Source: a virus (lineage: Duplodnaviria; Caudoviricetes). From it: a stretch of 36,696 bases of DNA. Both the position numbers and the translations under genes were made by a program. A model generated the notes under the pieces. That model worked only from the letters and a program-made list of their open reading frames with translations. It searched no databases and was not told where the DNA came from. Numbering within the stretch: position 1 is the stretch's first letter; each line of letters begins with the position of its first letter. This document shows, piece after piece, positions 1-9,631 of this stretch. The stretch spans positions 1 through 36,696 of IMG/VR virus record IMGVR_UViG_3300012953_000083; one strand, written 5' to 3'.

Positions 1-72
1 AACCTTATCAGCTCAACATATAAAGAACCGGACAAACTCCCTATCAAGAAGATTCCAGATGAGGACAATTAG
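1..72 (+). CDS. Probable C-terminal end of terminase small subunit (partial)
   Basis: Frame 1 open from base 1 (NLISSTYKEPDKLPIKKIPDEDN*) to TAG at 70-72; lies upstream of terL; a TerS-like N-terminus runs off the other end of the window. Confidence 0.5.
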   Translation, partial: NLISSTYKEPDKLPIKKIPDEDN

Positions 73-278
73 AATGACAAGGCGGACGCACACGGACGCA
101 AGAAAAAAGACGATATTCGACCCCCCTAAAATTCGCAGCGAGGGGGATATATATGTAAACTATATAACTAAATTTTTTTTATTTTTTTTGAATTGGATTT
201 TCCCCCATTTAATCTTATTCAAAACGGCAGCAGTGTTTCACACTTTCTCCTCGTCTATCACTGCTGCCACCAAAAGAC

Positions 279-1811
279 ATGAAATATAAAGCAGAAGAAG
301 AAAAACAATTAATGTCTGATCTTTGGTCCTTAAACATCAAAGATAATCCTTATAATTTTGTAATGTATGCTTTCAGTTGGGGAGTAAAAGATACCCCCCT
401 TGAAAACTTTACCGGTCCTAGAAAGTGGCAAGAAAAAATTTTAAAAGATATAGCCTTACATATACAAAGAAACGAAACTATTGATTTACCTGAAATGTTT
501 AGACTTGCAGTAGCAAGTGGTAGAGGAATAGGCAAATCAGCATTAGTCTCATGGATTATTTTATGGGTGTTATCTACTAGATTAGGAGCAACTGTAATTG
601 TTACAGCAAACACTGAACAACAATTAAGGTCTAGGACTTGGGCGGAATTAGGCAAATGGGTTACTTTATCTGTTAATTCTCATTGGTGGGAAAAGACAGC
701 AACAGCAATAAGACCTGCTAAGTGGTTTGATGAAAGACTAACTAACGATCTTAAAATAGATACAGGTTACTATTATGCTCAAGCTCAACTTTGGTCTGAA
801 GAAAATCCAGATGCCTTTGCAGGAATACATAGTTCTTATGGTGTTTGTTTAATAATGGACGAGGCTTCAGGTATTCCTACGCCAATATATAGCGTTAGCG
901 AAGGGTTTTTTACTGAGCCAACAAAAGACAGGTATTGGTTTACTTTTTCTAACCCAAGAAGAAATACAGGACCTTTCTTTGACAGCTTTCATAGTAAGCG
1001 TAGTTTTTGGCAAAACGAACAAATTGACTCTCGAACGGTAGAAGGGACGGACCAAAAATTATTTCATAGTATGTTAGAGCAATACGGTGAAGAATCTACT
1101 GTAGCAAAAGTAGAAGTATTAGGAGAGTTCCCTAATTATGATGATGACACGGTTATTCCATTAGATTTATGCAGATCAGCTCAGGCAAGAGATGTTGCTG
1201 TTACTGTAAATGAGCCTTTAGTTTGGGGTGTAGATGTAGCTAGATTTGGCGGAGATAATTCAGCTTTATGTAAAAGGCAGGGTAATACTGTTCTTGAAAT
1301 TAAAACTTATAATTCTATGGATTTAATGGCTTTATGTGGAGCATTGAAAAATGAATATGACGATCAAACTACAATGACAAGACCTGCTGAAATATTGATT
1401 GATGTAATTGGGTTAGGAGCAGGTGTAGTTGATAGGCTGACAGAATTAGATATGCCGGTAAGAGGTATTAATGTAGGTGAAGCTCCGTCAAGCAAAAAAA
1501 ATTATTTAAATCTTAGAGCTGAACTTTGGTTTCAAATTAAAGACTGGCTATCAGCTAGAGATTGCAAACTACCTGCAGATGATGAATTGGTCGCAGAACT
1601 TGTATCACCAATTTATAAATACAACTCAGCAGGAAAAATAAAATTAGAAAGCAAAGAAGAAATGAAAAAAAGAGGAATTAAATCTCCTGACAAAGCTGAT
1701 GCACTTGCTTTAACTTTTGCCGGTACTTCGGCTGCATTAGGTGGCAGCTCCTCGTTTATGGGTTATAATTTCAAACGACCGTTAAAATCAAAAATACTAA
1801 GAGTAGGTTAA
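279..1811 (+). CDS. terL: Terminase large subunit
   Basis: Walker A ASGRGIGKS, Walker B CLIMDEAS, FSNP coupling motif, RNase H-like GVDVARFGGD and SPDKADALALTF. Confidence 0.97.
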   Translation: MKYKAEEEKQLMSDLWSLNIKDNPYNFVMYAFSWGVKDTPLENFTGPRKWQEKILKDIALHIQRNETIDLPEMFRLAVASGRGIGKSALVSWIILWVLSTRLGATVIVTANTEQQLRSRTWAELGKWVTLSVNSHWWEKTATAIRPAKWFDERLTNDLKIDTGYYYAQAQLWSEENPDAFAGIHSSYGVCLIMDEASGIPTPIYSVSEGFFTEPTKDRYWFTFSNPRRNTGPFFDSFHSKRSFWQNEQIDSRTVEGTDQKLFHSMLEQYGEESTVAKVEVLGEFPNYDDDTVIPLDLCRSAQARDVAVTVNEPLVWGVDVARFGGDNSALCKRQGNTVLEIKTYNSMDLMALCGALKNEYDDQTTMTRPAEILIDVIGLGAGVVDRLTELDMPVRGINVGEAPSSKKNYLNLRAELWFQIKDWLSARDCKLPADDELVAELVSPIYKYNSAGKIKLESKEEMKKRGIKSPDKADALALTFAGTSAALGGSSSFMGYNFKRPLKSKILRVG

Positions 1812-1814
1812 TTT

Positions 1815-4016
1815 ATGGAATACAAGAAAACTGATGATAGCAGTTATGATGAAGAATTATTACAAGGTGTATTAAAATCTGAATTAGATGATGCTAAAGA
1901 CTACATAGACTCAATCGGTCAAGAAAGAGCAGAATCAACACAATATTATTTAGGAGAGTCACCAACTGGCGGTAGTGATATGTCTTCTGAATATGTCTCT
2001 ACAGATGTTAGAGATAGTGTTTTATTTATGCTGCCTTCTTTAATGAGAACTTTTTTTGGAACTAAAAAAGTAGTCGAGTTTATACCTAATGACCCTCAAG
2101 ATGTTCCAGTAGCAAAACAACAATCAGATTACATTAACTATATTGTTACTCAAAAAAATAATGGGTTTAAAGTTTTATATGATGTTTTTAAAGATGCACT
2201 AATTAGAAAAACTGGTTTTGCTAAAGTGTTTTTTGACAGCTCTTTAACAACTAGCACACACAGTTACACTGATTTATCTATCATGCAATACGAAACATTA
2301 ATTGCAGATGAAAATGTTGAGGTTATGGACTCACAAGAAATCATGGGAGATTTTAGTGTTATAGATGAAGCTACTGGTGAAGAAATATCAGAGCAACAAG
2401 TTATAGGTTATGACTTAACAATTAGAAGAGTAAAAGAAAAAAATGATGTAATCATTGAATCAATACCTCCGGAAGAAGTATTAATTTCAAGAAATGCTAG
2501 ATCACTAAAAGAAGCTAGTTATGTTGCTCATAGAAGAATTGTTACGCTTTCTGATTTGGTTTCTATGGGTTACGACAAAGAAGAAATGGAAGAGTATCAG
2601 GGTAACGAAGAGTTTATTGATGCTGAGGACGAAAGACAGGCAAGAAATCCTTTTTCAGAAATGACTACACCTGATCGACCGGACGGAAAAGATATTTTAT
2701 ACATTGAACACTATATTTATTTTGACAAAGATGATGACGGTATAGCAGAGCTAATTAAAGTTTGTACTGTTGGTGGTGGTTTAGAAATAATTAATTGCGA
2801 AGCGATTGATGATTTGCCTATAGTAATGTTTTGTCCTGACCCTGAACCTCATACTGCTATAGGTTCTTGTCCTGCTGACTATTTAAAACCTATCCAAGAT
2901 GTTAAATCTCAAATTGTTAGAGACAGTTTAGATTCATTAGGTCATTCAATTTTTCCTAGAATGGGAGTTGTTGAGGGTCAAGTAAACATAGATGATGTTT
3001 TAAACAACGATATAGGGCAACCTATAAGAATGAGACAGGCAGGAGCAGTTCAGCCTTTTTCAATACCTTTCGCCGGTAAAGAAGCGTTCCCTTTTCTACA
3101 ATATTTAGATGAACAAAAAGAAAATCGCACAGGTGTTTCTAAAGCAGCCGCAGGATTAAATGCAGATGCTTTACAATCAAGCACAAAGGCGGCAGTTAGT
3201 TCTACTATGTCTGCAGCACAGGGAAGAATAGAATTAATTAGCCGCCATTTCGCTGAAGGCATGAAAGATTTATTTAGTTTAGTAAATAATCTTGTGGTTA
3301 AAAATCAAGATCAAGCTGAAATGGTTAGATTAAATAATGATTTTATTGAAGTTGACCCTAGATATTGGGACGCTGATAAAGACATGGTATGTAATGTTGG
3401 AATTAGCAAATCAAGTGATGAAGAAAAATTAAATGTTTTACAGCAAGTAGCAGCTAAACAAGAACTTATACTTCAAAGTTTAGGAGCTAATAATCCTTTA
3501 GTAACTGGTCAACAATACTCCAACACTATATCTAAAATTATAGAAATGGCAGGTTTTCCTGATGCTCAAGAGTTTATAAATACAAAAGTTCCGCCACAAC
3601 CTCCGGCTCAAGAAGACAGTAAGCCGTCTGCTGAAGAACAATTAGCAATAGCTGAAACTATGAAAGCACAAGTATCAGCAGAAAAACTAAAAGTTGATGC
3701 GGAAACTGACAGAATGAAAATTATTATGGAAGACGATTTTGATAGAGATAAGTTTGAAGTTGAAACTCGTATTAAGATGGCAGAACTTCATGCACAGTAT
3801 GGAGACTCTAGGGTTAATTTAGCTGATGTAGAAAAAATAATGGAACGAAGCAACAATGACTTTAGAACTGCACAAAAAATAGAAGCACAAGGATTGTTTA
3901 AAGAACCAACTCCTGCTCCTACCGGACAAATGCCTCAACAACAACCTCAACCTCAGCAATCTCCTATGCCACAAATGATGCAAGAGGGAGGACTAAATGA
4001 AGAGGGACTTACCTAA
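1815..4016 (+). CDS. Portal protein (P22-like podovirus type)
   Basis: 733 aa directly after terL; motifs VSTDVRDSV..LPSLMRTF, FKDALIRKTG, ENRTGVS typical of this portal family; P/Q-rich tail. Confidence 0.92.
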   Translation: MEYKKTDDSSYDEELLQGVLKSELDDAKDYIDSIGQERAESTQYYLGESPTGGSDMSSEYVSTDVRDSVLFMLPSLMRTFFGTKKVVEFIPNDPQDVPVAKQQSDYINYIVTQKNNGFKVLYDVFKDALIRKTGFAKVFFDSSLTTSTHSYTDLSIMQYETLIADENVEVMDSQEIMGDFSVIDEATGEEISEQQVIGYDLTIRRVKEKNDVIIESIPPEEVLISRNARSLKEASYVAHRRIVTLSDLVSMGYDKEEMEEYQGNEEFIDAEDERQARNPFSEMTTPDRPDGKDILYIEHYIYFDKDDDGIAELIKVCTVGGGLEIINCEAIDDLPIVMFCPDPEPHTAIGSCPADYLKPIQDVKSQIVRDSLDSLGHSIFPRMGVVEGQVNIDDVLNNDIGQPIRMRQAGAVQPFSIPFAGKEAFPFLQYLDEQKENRTGVSKAAAGLNADALQSSTKAAVSSTMSAAQGRIELISRHFAEGMKDLFSLVNNLVVKNQDQAEMVRLNNDFIEVDPRYWDADKDMVCNVGISKSSDEEKLNVLQQVAAKQELILQSLGANNPLVTGQQYSNTISKIIEMAGFPDAQEFINTKVPPQPPAQEDSKPSAEEQLAIAETMKAQVSAEKLKVDAETDRMKIIMEDDFDRDKFEVETRIKMAELHAQYGDSRVNLADVEKIMERSNNDFRTAQKIEAQGLFKEPTPAPTGQMPQQQPQPQQSPMPQMMQEGGLNEEGLT

Positions 4017-4179
4017 AATTTTTCATATCGAGGCAGTAGCCGAAGATTATATTTTAATAGGAACAGATATTAGAGCAAGAAACAGAGAGGAAGCTGAACA
4101 AATTATGAAACTAACTTTTAGAGATAAAGTTAATAAGCAGACAAGATTTTTTTTAATAAGTGAAAATATTTTGCACTAA
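3997..4179 (+). CDS. Hypothetical protein (60 aa)
   Basis: GGAGG SD upstream; TAATG-coupled to next ORF. Confidence 0.6.
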   Translation: MKRDLPKIFHIEAVAEDYILIGTDIRARNREEAEQIMKLTFRDKVNKQTRFFLISENILH

Positions 4180-4271
4180 TGGGTGAATGGATTTTATATT
4201 TTTATTTAGGTACAGCTTTTATTTTAATTAGTTCTGTACATTTTTTTAATATGATACACGGAGTATTTTAA
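4179..4271 (+). CDS. Small membrane peptide (30 aa, MGEWILYFYLGTAFILISSVHFFNMIHGVF)
   Basis: Not in ORF track; fills the gap exactly with TAATG overlaps at both ends; single hydrophobic segment. Confidence 0.55.
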   Translation: MGEWILYFYLGTAFILISSVHFFNMIHGVF

Positions 4272-4534
4272 TGCCAAGTAGAGATAACAGATTAAAAAGA
4301 TTAGGTCTATCAGGCTATAATAAACCTAAGCGTACACCTAAGCACAAAACTAAATCTCATGTAGTTGTGGCTAAAGATGGAGACAAAATAAAAACTATTA
4401 GGTTTGGTCAGCAAGGAAAAACAGGTGACAAAACTATGACAAGTAGAGCCAAGTCTTTTAAAGCAAGACATGGAAAGAACATTAAGCGAGGCAAAATGTC
4501 TGCTGCTTATTGGTCCAATAAAGTAAAATGGTAA
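4271..4534 (+). CDS. Basic phage protein (87 aa) of a type common in marine phages
   Basis: Motif PKRTP.H..KSHVV.AK.GD..K.IRFGQQG..SFKARH..SAAYWS.KVKW; GGAG SD. Confidence 0.8.
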   Translation: MPSRDNRLKRLGLSGYNKPKRTPKHKTKSHVVVAKDGDKIKTIRFGQQGKTGDKTMTSRAKSFKARHGKNIKRGKMSAAYWSNKVKW

Positions 4535-4544
4535 GGAGGTAACT

Positions 4545-4700
4545 ATGCCAAAGCGTGGATTATATGCAAATATAAATAGAAGGAAAAAGAAAGGAATTAG
4601 TAGAAGCAAAAAAAAATCTACTATTAGTCCTAAAGCGTATGCAAACATGAGGGCAGGATTCCCAAAAAAGGGAAAGAAAAAAACAACTAAAAAAGCATAA
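4545..4700 (+). CDS. Highly basic 51-aa peptide (MPKRGLYANINRRKKKG...)
   Basis: Not in ORF track; AGGAGGT SD at 4534-4540; K/R-rich. Confidence 0.75.
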   Translation: MPKRGLYANINRRKKKGISRSKKKSTISPKAYANMRAGFPKKGKKKTTKKA

Positions 4701-4705
4701 ATACT

Positions 4706-4759
4706 ATGGCGTATCACAATAAAAAAAAGAAAAAGAAAAAAAAGAAAGTTAAAAAATGA
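4706..4759 (+). CDS. Poly-lysine 17-aa peptide MAYHNKKKKKKKKKVKK
   Basis: ATG 4706, TGA 4757-4759 overlapping the holin ATG (ATGA); G bases fall at codon position 3, keeping Lys codons; no clear SD. Confidence 0.5.
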   Translation: MAYHNKKKKKKKKKVKK

Positions 4760-5145
4760 TTGATAAGTTAATAGACCCAGTGTCTAAAATAGTTGATAAG
4801 TTTGTTAAAGATAAAGACTTACAAGCCAAATTAGATCATGAGTTACAAACTTTATTTCACGAAAGAAATTTAGCACAAATAGAACTGCTAAAAGAAGATG
4901 CTAAGTCTTCTTCAGCTTTTCAAAAAAACTGGCGACCTGCGGTTGGGTGGATATGTGCTTTAGCTATGGCATATCACTTTATTTTACACCCAATAATTTT
5001 AACAATATTAACTGCGACAGGCTATGTCGTTGAGCTTCCGGATTTTGATTTTGCACAACTTAGTACAATCTTAATGGCTATGTTAGGTATGAGTTCACTA
5101 AGATCATACGACAAACATAATCTTTTAAAAGAAAAGAATAAATGA
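4756..5145 (+). CDS. Holin (3TM, GTA-holin-like family)
   Basis: WRPAVGWICALAMAYHFILHP and MLGMSSLRSYDK motifs; near endolysin. Confidence 0.85.
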   Translation: MIDKLIDPVSKIVDKFVKDKDLQAKLDHELQTLFHERNLAQIELLKEDAKSSSAFQKNWRPAVGWICALAMAYHFILHPIILTILTATGYVVELPDFDFAQLSTILMAMLGMSSLRSYDKHNLLKEKNK

Positions 5146-5336
5146 TGTTTTTAACTGAGATAGAAATAACAACTAGCTCAGGTGAAAAGCAAGTTCATGA
5201 GGGACCAATTATTACAGCTAATACCTTTGAAGAAGCACAAGAATTAGCAATAGAAATGAATCCTGAATTAGAAGTTGTAGGAGAATATATGGACAGCATA
5301 GGAAATGGATATGGACTGGGATTTTTCAAATTTTAG
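5142..5336 (+). CDS. Hypothetical acidic protein
   Basis: ATGA-coupled to holin. Confidence 0.6.
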   Translation: MMFLTEIEITTSSGEKQVHEGPIITANTFEEAQELAIEMNPELEVVGEYMDSIGNGYGLGFFKF

Positions 5337-5694
5337 ACCTGAAGAACTTGCTTGTCGTCATACCGGACAAGAAGGAATTAAGTATGAGTTAATGGTGGCT
5401 TTACAAAGTTTAAGAGATGAAATGGGATTTCCTTTTATTATTACATCTGGATATAGAAGCCTAGAACACCCTATTGAGGCAAAAAAGAAAACAGGCGGTA
5501 CTCATTCTTTAGGACTAGCAGTGGATATATTGTGTTCTGACAAACAAGCATTTAAAATAGTTACTAATGCTGCAAAACATGGGTTTACTGGAATAGGTGT
5601 AAATCAAAAAGGCAGCATAGATCAAAGGTTTATTCACTTAGATATAGCAGGAATTAAAAATGGTAAAGTTCGTCCCAAAATTTGGAGTTATTAA
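5305..5694 (+). CDS. Endolysin, peptidase M15 family Zn peptidase
   Basis: F.PEELAC, ITSGYRS, H..GLAVDI and FIHLD motifs. Confidence 0.92.
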   Translation: MDMDWDFSNFRPEELACRHTGQEGIKYELMVALQSLRDEMGFPFIITSGYRSLEHPIEAKKKTGGTHSLGLAVDILCSDKQAFKIVTNAAKHGFTGIGVNQKGSIDQRFIHLDIAGIKNGKVRPKIWSY

Positions 5695-5697
5695 ATA

Positions 5698-5937
5698 ATG
5701 GAAATAACAAGTTATTTAGTCTGGAATGTAATTTTAAGTTTAATTATTGCTCCAATATTCTATGCAATTAGACAAAATACAGCAGAAAACAAAAGAATAG
5801 ATATTCTTATAAATAAAACTAGAGAAGAAATGGCAAGGTCTTATGTAACAAAACAAGATTTAGCTGAGGATATAGATAGGGTTATTTCAAACTTAGAAAG
5901 ATTAGAAAGCAAAATTGATAGGATAATTGGAACTTAA
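5698..5937 (+). CDS. Membrane-anchored coiled-coil protein (lysis-associated?)
   Basis: N-terminal TM segment followed by heptad-rich region; follows endolysin. Confidence 0.6.
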   Translation: MEITSYLVWNVILSLIIAPIFYAIRQNTAENKRIDILINKTREEMARSYVTKQDLAEDIDRVISNLERLESKIDRIIGT

Positions 5938-5939
5938 AT

Positions 5940-6212
5940 ATGGCAAGTGAAAAAGATATAAGAGCTTCTAATGAAGCTGAAGCATTATTGGGTAGCGAAG
6001 TTTTTAACAAAGCCGTTATGCAATTAAAAGAAGAATACACGAACAGGTGGATTAATTCTGATATAGAAAAAGACAAATCATTAAGAGAAGCAATCCATCA
6101 AGCAATAAAGATTCTTCCTGAAGTCGAAAGGCATCTCCGCATTATTGTAGAGAAAGGAAAAATAACCAAATCTCAAATAGACAAACTAAGAGGGATTTCA
6201 AGAGTAACTTGA
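5940..6212 (+). CDS. Hypothetical head-module protein
   Basis: 90-aa ORF directly upstream of scaffold. Confidence 0.65.
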   Translation: MASEKDIRASNEAEALLGSEVFNKAVMQLKEEYTNRWINSDIEKDKSLREAIHQAIKILPEVERHLRIIVEKGKITKSQIDKLRGISRVT

Positions 6213-6239
6213 CACTTTTACATAAAATTAAGGTAAAAT
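6209..6239 (+). promoter_or_regulatory. Possible promoter for scaffold/capsid
   Basis: TTGACA (6209-6214) and TAAAAT (6234-6239), but a 19-nt spacer. Confidence 0.35.
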
Positions 6240-6258
6240 TGTCATACATAAAATATAG

Positions 6259-7266
6259 GTGGAAAATATGACCAACAACGCCAAGCCGAATGGTTTTGAA
6301 ACTGATATAGATAAAGCAACAGATGTTTTTTTATCTCAACTATCTCCTGAAGAGGAACAAGTAGAAGAGGTGGAAGAAGAATCTGTGGACGCTGAAGAAT
6401 TAAATACTGAATCTGAAGATGAAATTATTGAAGATAATGAAACAGAAGAAGAAGTTGAAGATGATGAAGCTGAAGAAGAAGAACTAGATGACCAAGTAGA
6501 ATCTGAAGAGGACACCGAACCTCAAGTATTTGCCGTTAAAGTTAATGGAGAAGAACTTGAAGTTACCGAAGATGAACTCGTCAAAGGCTACAGTAGGAAT
6601 AGGGATTACACTCGCAAGACACAAGAATTAGCAAGAGAGAAAGCTGACTTTCAATCTACTAAAGAAAGTATCGAAGCGGAACGAGAAGAATTAAAGATGT
6701 TGTTGCCTAGAGTAAAAACTGTTTTAGAGCAGGGTTTAGGGCAAGAGCCGGATTGGAATACTTTAAAAGAAACCGATCAAGTTACATACTTAACAGAAAA
6801 AGCTAATTGGGACGAACATAAGGCTAGAATACAAGCTGTTCAAAATGAAATGGATAAAGCTAATAAAGAATCTCAAGAAGAATCTTATAGGCAAATGACA
6901 GCTCAGATTGAAGAAGGCAGAAAAGCTCTAGCTGAAGCGGTCCCTGAATGGACGGACGAAAAGATTGCTGCTGAAGATAGAGCAGAAATGTTAAAGAACG
7001 CCGAAAGATTAGGTTTTACTAAAGATGAAATTGGAGCGGTTACTGATTACAGAATTATTCTTTTATTAAGAGAGGCTATGTTACATAACAAACAGGCTGA
7101 AACTATTAAAAAGAAACCAACTGTAGCAAAAGCAAGAAGAAAAGTTGCTAGAGCAGGTAGTACCAACTCAGCTAGACCAACAACAAAGTTAAAGAAAACT
7201 CGTGAACAGGTGGCTAAAACAGGCAAGGTGTCTGATGCAGCCAAATTTTTTGAACAAATAATTTAA
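6259..7266 (+). CDS. Capsid scaffolding protein
   Basis: Acidic N-terminus, VKVNGEELEVT..EL.KGY.R..DYTRKTQELA motif; precedes capsid; start may be ATG 6268. Confidence 0.88.
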   Translation: MENMTNNAKPNGFETDIDKATDVFLSQLSPEEEQVEEVEEESVDAEELNTESEDEIIEDNETEEEVEDDEAEEEELDDQVESEEDTEPQVFAVKVNGEELEVTEDELVKGYSRNRDYTRKTQELAREKADFQSTKESIEAEREELKMLLPRVKTVLEQGLGQEPDWNTLKETDQVTYLTEKANWDEHKARIQAVQNEMDKANKESQEESYRQMTAQIEEGRKALAEAVPEWTDEKIAAEDRAEMLKNAERLGFTKDEIGAVTDYRIILLLREAMLHNKQAETIKKKPTVAKARRKVARAGSTNSARPTTKLKKTREQVAKTGKVSDAAKFFEQII

Positions 7267-7282
7267 CTAAAGGAAAAATATC

Positions 7283-8215
7283 ATGGCTAAAGTAACAAAC
7301 TCGTTTACTTCATATGATGCTACTTCTAACAGAGAAGATTTGTCCAATGTGATCTACAACATAGACCCAACTGCTACTCCATTTATGAGTGCGATTGGAA
7401 CTAAAAATGTTTCTAATGTTGTCTTCGATTGGCAAACTGAAAATTTACCTACTCCATCTGGAACAGGTCAATTAGAAGGTTTTGAACTTTCTCGTTCAGC
7501 AAGTACATCAACAACTAGGGAGTCCAATGTGGCTCAAATTTCATCAAGAGACGCTACCGTTTCTGGTTCACAAGATGCAAGTGACCCTGCAGGTAAAAAG
7601 CAGGAACTAGCACACCAAATGGCTCTAATGTCAAAAGCATTAAAAAGAGACATGGAAGTTGCATTGTGCCAAAACACAGCTAAAGCATCTGGTAACAATA
7701 CTACTGCAAGACAAACTCGTTCATTCGAGGCATGGATTTCTAGTAATGTTTCAAGAGGTACTGGTGGTTCTAACGGTAGTTCATCTGCCGCAGCTACAGA
7801 CGGTACTCAAAGAAGTTTAACTGAAACTCTCTTAAAAGGTGTTCTACAAACTATGTTTACTAACGGAGCAGAGCCTAAAATGGCTATTGCCGGTCCAGTA
7901 AACAAAGGTGTTATCAGTGGATTTACTGGTAGAGCTTCTGCTAGACAAAACATTGATGCTCAAACTGTAGAAGCATCTGTTTCTGTTTACTCTTCTGATT
8001 TTGGAGAACTAAAAATAGTTCCTTCAAACAGATCAAGAGACAGAAGTCTTTTATTAGTTGACCCTGAGTACGCTAAAGTATCTTATCTTAGAAATTTCCA
8101 AACTATGGATATTGCTAAGATTGGTGATGCTGACACTCAGCTTGTTCTTGCCGAATACGGTTTAGAAATGAGCAACGAAGCAGCTCACGGTATAGTTGCT
8201 GACTTATCTACTTAA
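7283..8215 (+). CDS. Major capsid protein (DUF5309/SU10-like)
   Basis: NREDLSNVIYNIDPTATPF, LKRDMEVAL, AKIGDA..LAEYGLE..NEAAHG; followed by a hairpin. Confidence 0.92.
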   Translation: MAKVTNSFTSYDATSNREDLSNVIYNIDPTATPFMSAIGTKNVSNVVFDWQTENLPTPSGTGQLEGFELSRSASTSTTRESNVAQISSRDATVSGSQDASDPAGKKQELAHQMALMSKALKRDMEVALCQNTAKASGNNTTARQTRSFEAWISSNVSRGTGGSNGSSSAAATDGTQRSLTETLLKGVLQTMFTNGAEPKMAIAGPVNKGVISGFTGRASARQNIDAQTVEASVSVYSSDFGELKIVPSNRSRDRSLLLVDPEYAKVSYLRNFQTMDIAKIGDADTQLVLAEYGLEMSNEAAHGIVADLST

Positions 8216-8245
8216 TAATAGATAAATCGGAATACTGATTAGATT

Positions 8246-8271
8246 AGAGGGTAAGAATTTACTTACCCTCT
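8246..8271 (+). terminator. Hairpin/terminator after capsid gene
   Basis: AGAGGGTAAG-6nt-CTTACCCTCT perfect 10-bp stem; weak U-tail. Confidence 0.65.
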
Positions 8272-8284
8272 TATCTTAAAAAAA

Positions 8285-8575
8285 ATGGCAAAGACAACAT
8301 TAGTAAATTTAAAAACAGGTTTTAAGTCTCAGTTTTCTACTGAGGACAACAAGTCTGTACTGCACACAACTCAAGATGTGTCAGGTATAATTAAACACGC
8401 TCAACATTTAGGCGAACAAAAAGCCGGAAAAGACTTTCGTCATGTTGCAGAAATACCAATGGTGGTTTATGAAAAAGCGTTGTTAGAAGGTTGGGCGAAT
8501 GATGACGATAAATGGAAACAATGGTTAAATAACAGAGACAATGAATGTTTTAGAAGTTGGAAGGGCAAAGTATGA
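8285..8575 (+). CDS. Hypothetical virion-module protein
   Basis: FRHVAEIP.VV..W..WLN.RDN..FR motif typical of the gene after the capsid. Confidence 0.75.
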   Translation: MAKTTLVNLKTGFKSQFSTEDNKSVLHTTQDVSGIIKHAQHLGEQKAGKDFRHVAEIPMVVYEKALLEGWANDDDKWKQWLNNRDNECFRSWKGKV

Positions 8576-9225
8576 CTTATGATGAATTAAAAACACAGGT
8601 AGCCAGTTATTTAAATAGAGGAGATTTAACTTCTCAAATGGACATTTTTATTAGCTTAACTGAATCAGATATAAATAAAAAAATTAAACACCAAGATATG
8701 ATGAAAAGAGCTGTTGCTAAAGCAGACTCAACATCACAATATATGCAATTACCGGCTGATTGGATTAATTGTATAAATATAGAATTAAACACTGCAGATC
8801 ATAAAGTATTGATGCAGCAATCAATAGAGTCATTAGACCTAAAAAGAATGTCTATAAATAATACAAAAGGAACGCCTCAGTATTATGCAATATCAGATGA
8901 CGCTATTGAACTTTGTCCAACACCGGACAAAGATTATGAGTTACAATTAACATATTATGCAGATGTTCCTGCTTTAAGCTCTACTAACACTACAAACTTT
9001 GTTAGTACAAATTATCCGGACATTTACATATATGGTTGTTGTAAACACGCTTCTATTTATTTAATGGAAGACGAAAGAATCAAACTGTTTGAGAACCTTT
9101 TTGATAAGGCTCTTGAAGAAGTTAGATTACAACAAGAAAGAGCGTCTTTTGGTAAGGGTTCTCTTCTTAACAGAAGAAGAACTTACGGAAAGGCAGGAAA
9201 AAAAACTTATTATTTTAATAACTAA
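8572..9225 (+). CDS. Head-tail adaptor / tail tubular A-like protein
   Basis: MTYDELK..VA.YLNR.DL, GTPQYYA, NYPDIYIYG motifs; ATG 8572 overlaps upstream stop. Confidence 0.8.
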   Translation: MTYDELKTQVASYLNRGDLTSQMDIFISLTESDINKKIKHQDMMKRAVAKADSTSQYMQLPADWINCINIELNTADHKVLMQQSIESLDLKRMSINNTKGTPQYYAISDDAIELCPTPDKDYELQLTYYADVPALSSTNTTNFVSTNYPDIYIYGCCKHASIYLMEDERIKLFENLFDKALEEVRLQQERASFGKGSLLNRRRTYGKAGKKTYYFNN

Positions 9226-9236
9226 AGGAGTTTATT

Positions 9237-9620
9237 ATGGCAGGATTTTCTGACTTTTTAGAAACAGCAGTATTGAATCATGTTTTTGGTGGTTCTTCCT
9301 ATACTGCTCCAAGCACTTTGTATGTAGCACTTTATACTGCTGCTCCAAGTGACACAGGCGGAGGAACTGAAGTTTCTGGTGGAGCTTATGCTCGACAAAC
9401 AGGAACATTTACTGTTTCTGGCGGAACTGCATCTAATACAGCAGCGATTGAATACGCTACAGCTACAGCAGACTACGGTACTGTTGTTGCCGTTGGAGTT
9501 TTTGATGCTTCTTCTAGTGGTAATTTATTAGCTTATGGCACTTTAACCACAAGCAAATCAGTTTCTACAGGAGATGTATTTAGATTTAACGCTTCAGCAC
9601 TAGATATAACGCTTACATAA
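9237..9620 (+). CDS. Tail-associated structural protein
   Basis: SDFLE..VLNHVF..LYVALYTAAP.DTGGGTEVSGGAYARQ motif; AAGGAG SD. Confidence 0.8.
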   Translation: MAGFSDFLETAVLNHVFGGSSYTAPSTLYVALYTAAPSDTGGGTEVSGGAYARQTGTFTVSGGTASNTAAIEYATATADYGTVVAVGVFDASSSGNLLAYGTLTTSKSVSTGDVFRFNASALDITLT

Positions 9621-9631
9621 GAAGGTAGCTA

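Noticed and set aside
59-289. 76-aa ORF upstream of terL
   Set aside because: Runs through T-tracts and hairpins, has no protein-like features and overlaps the probable terS end; more likely non-coding
3905-3985. Pro/Gln-rich repeats at the portal C-terminus
   Set aside because: Ordinary low-complexity tail of this portal family
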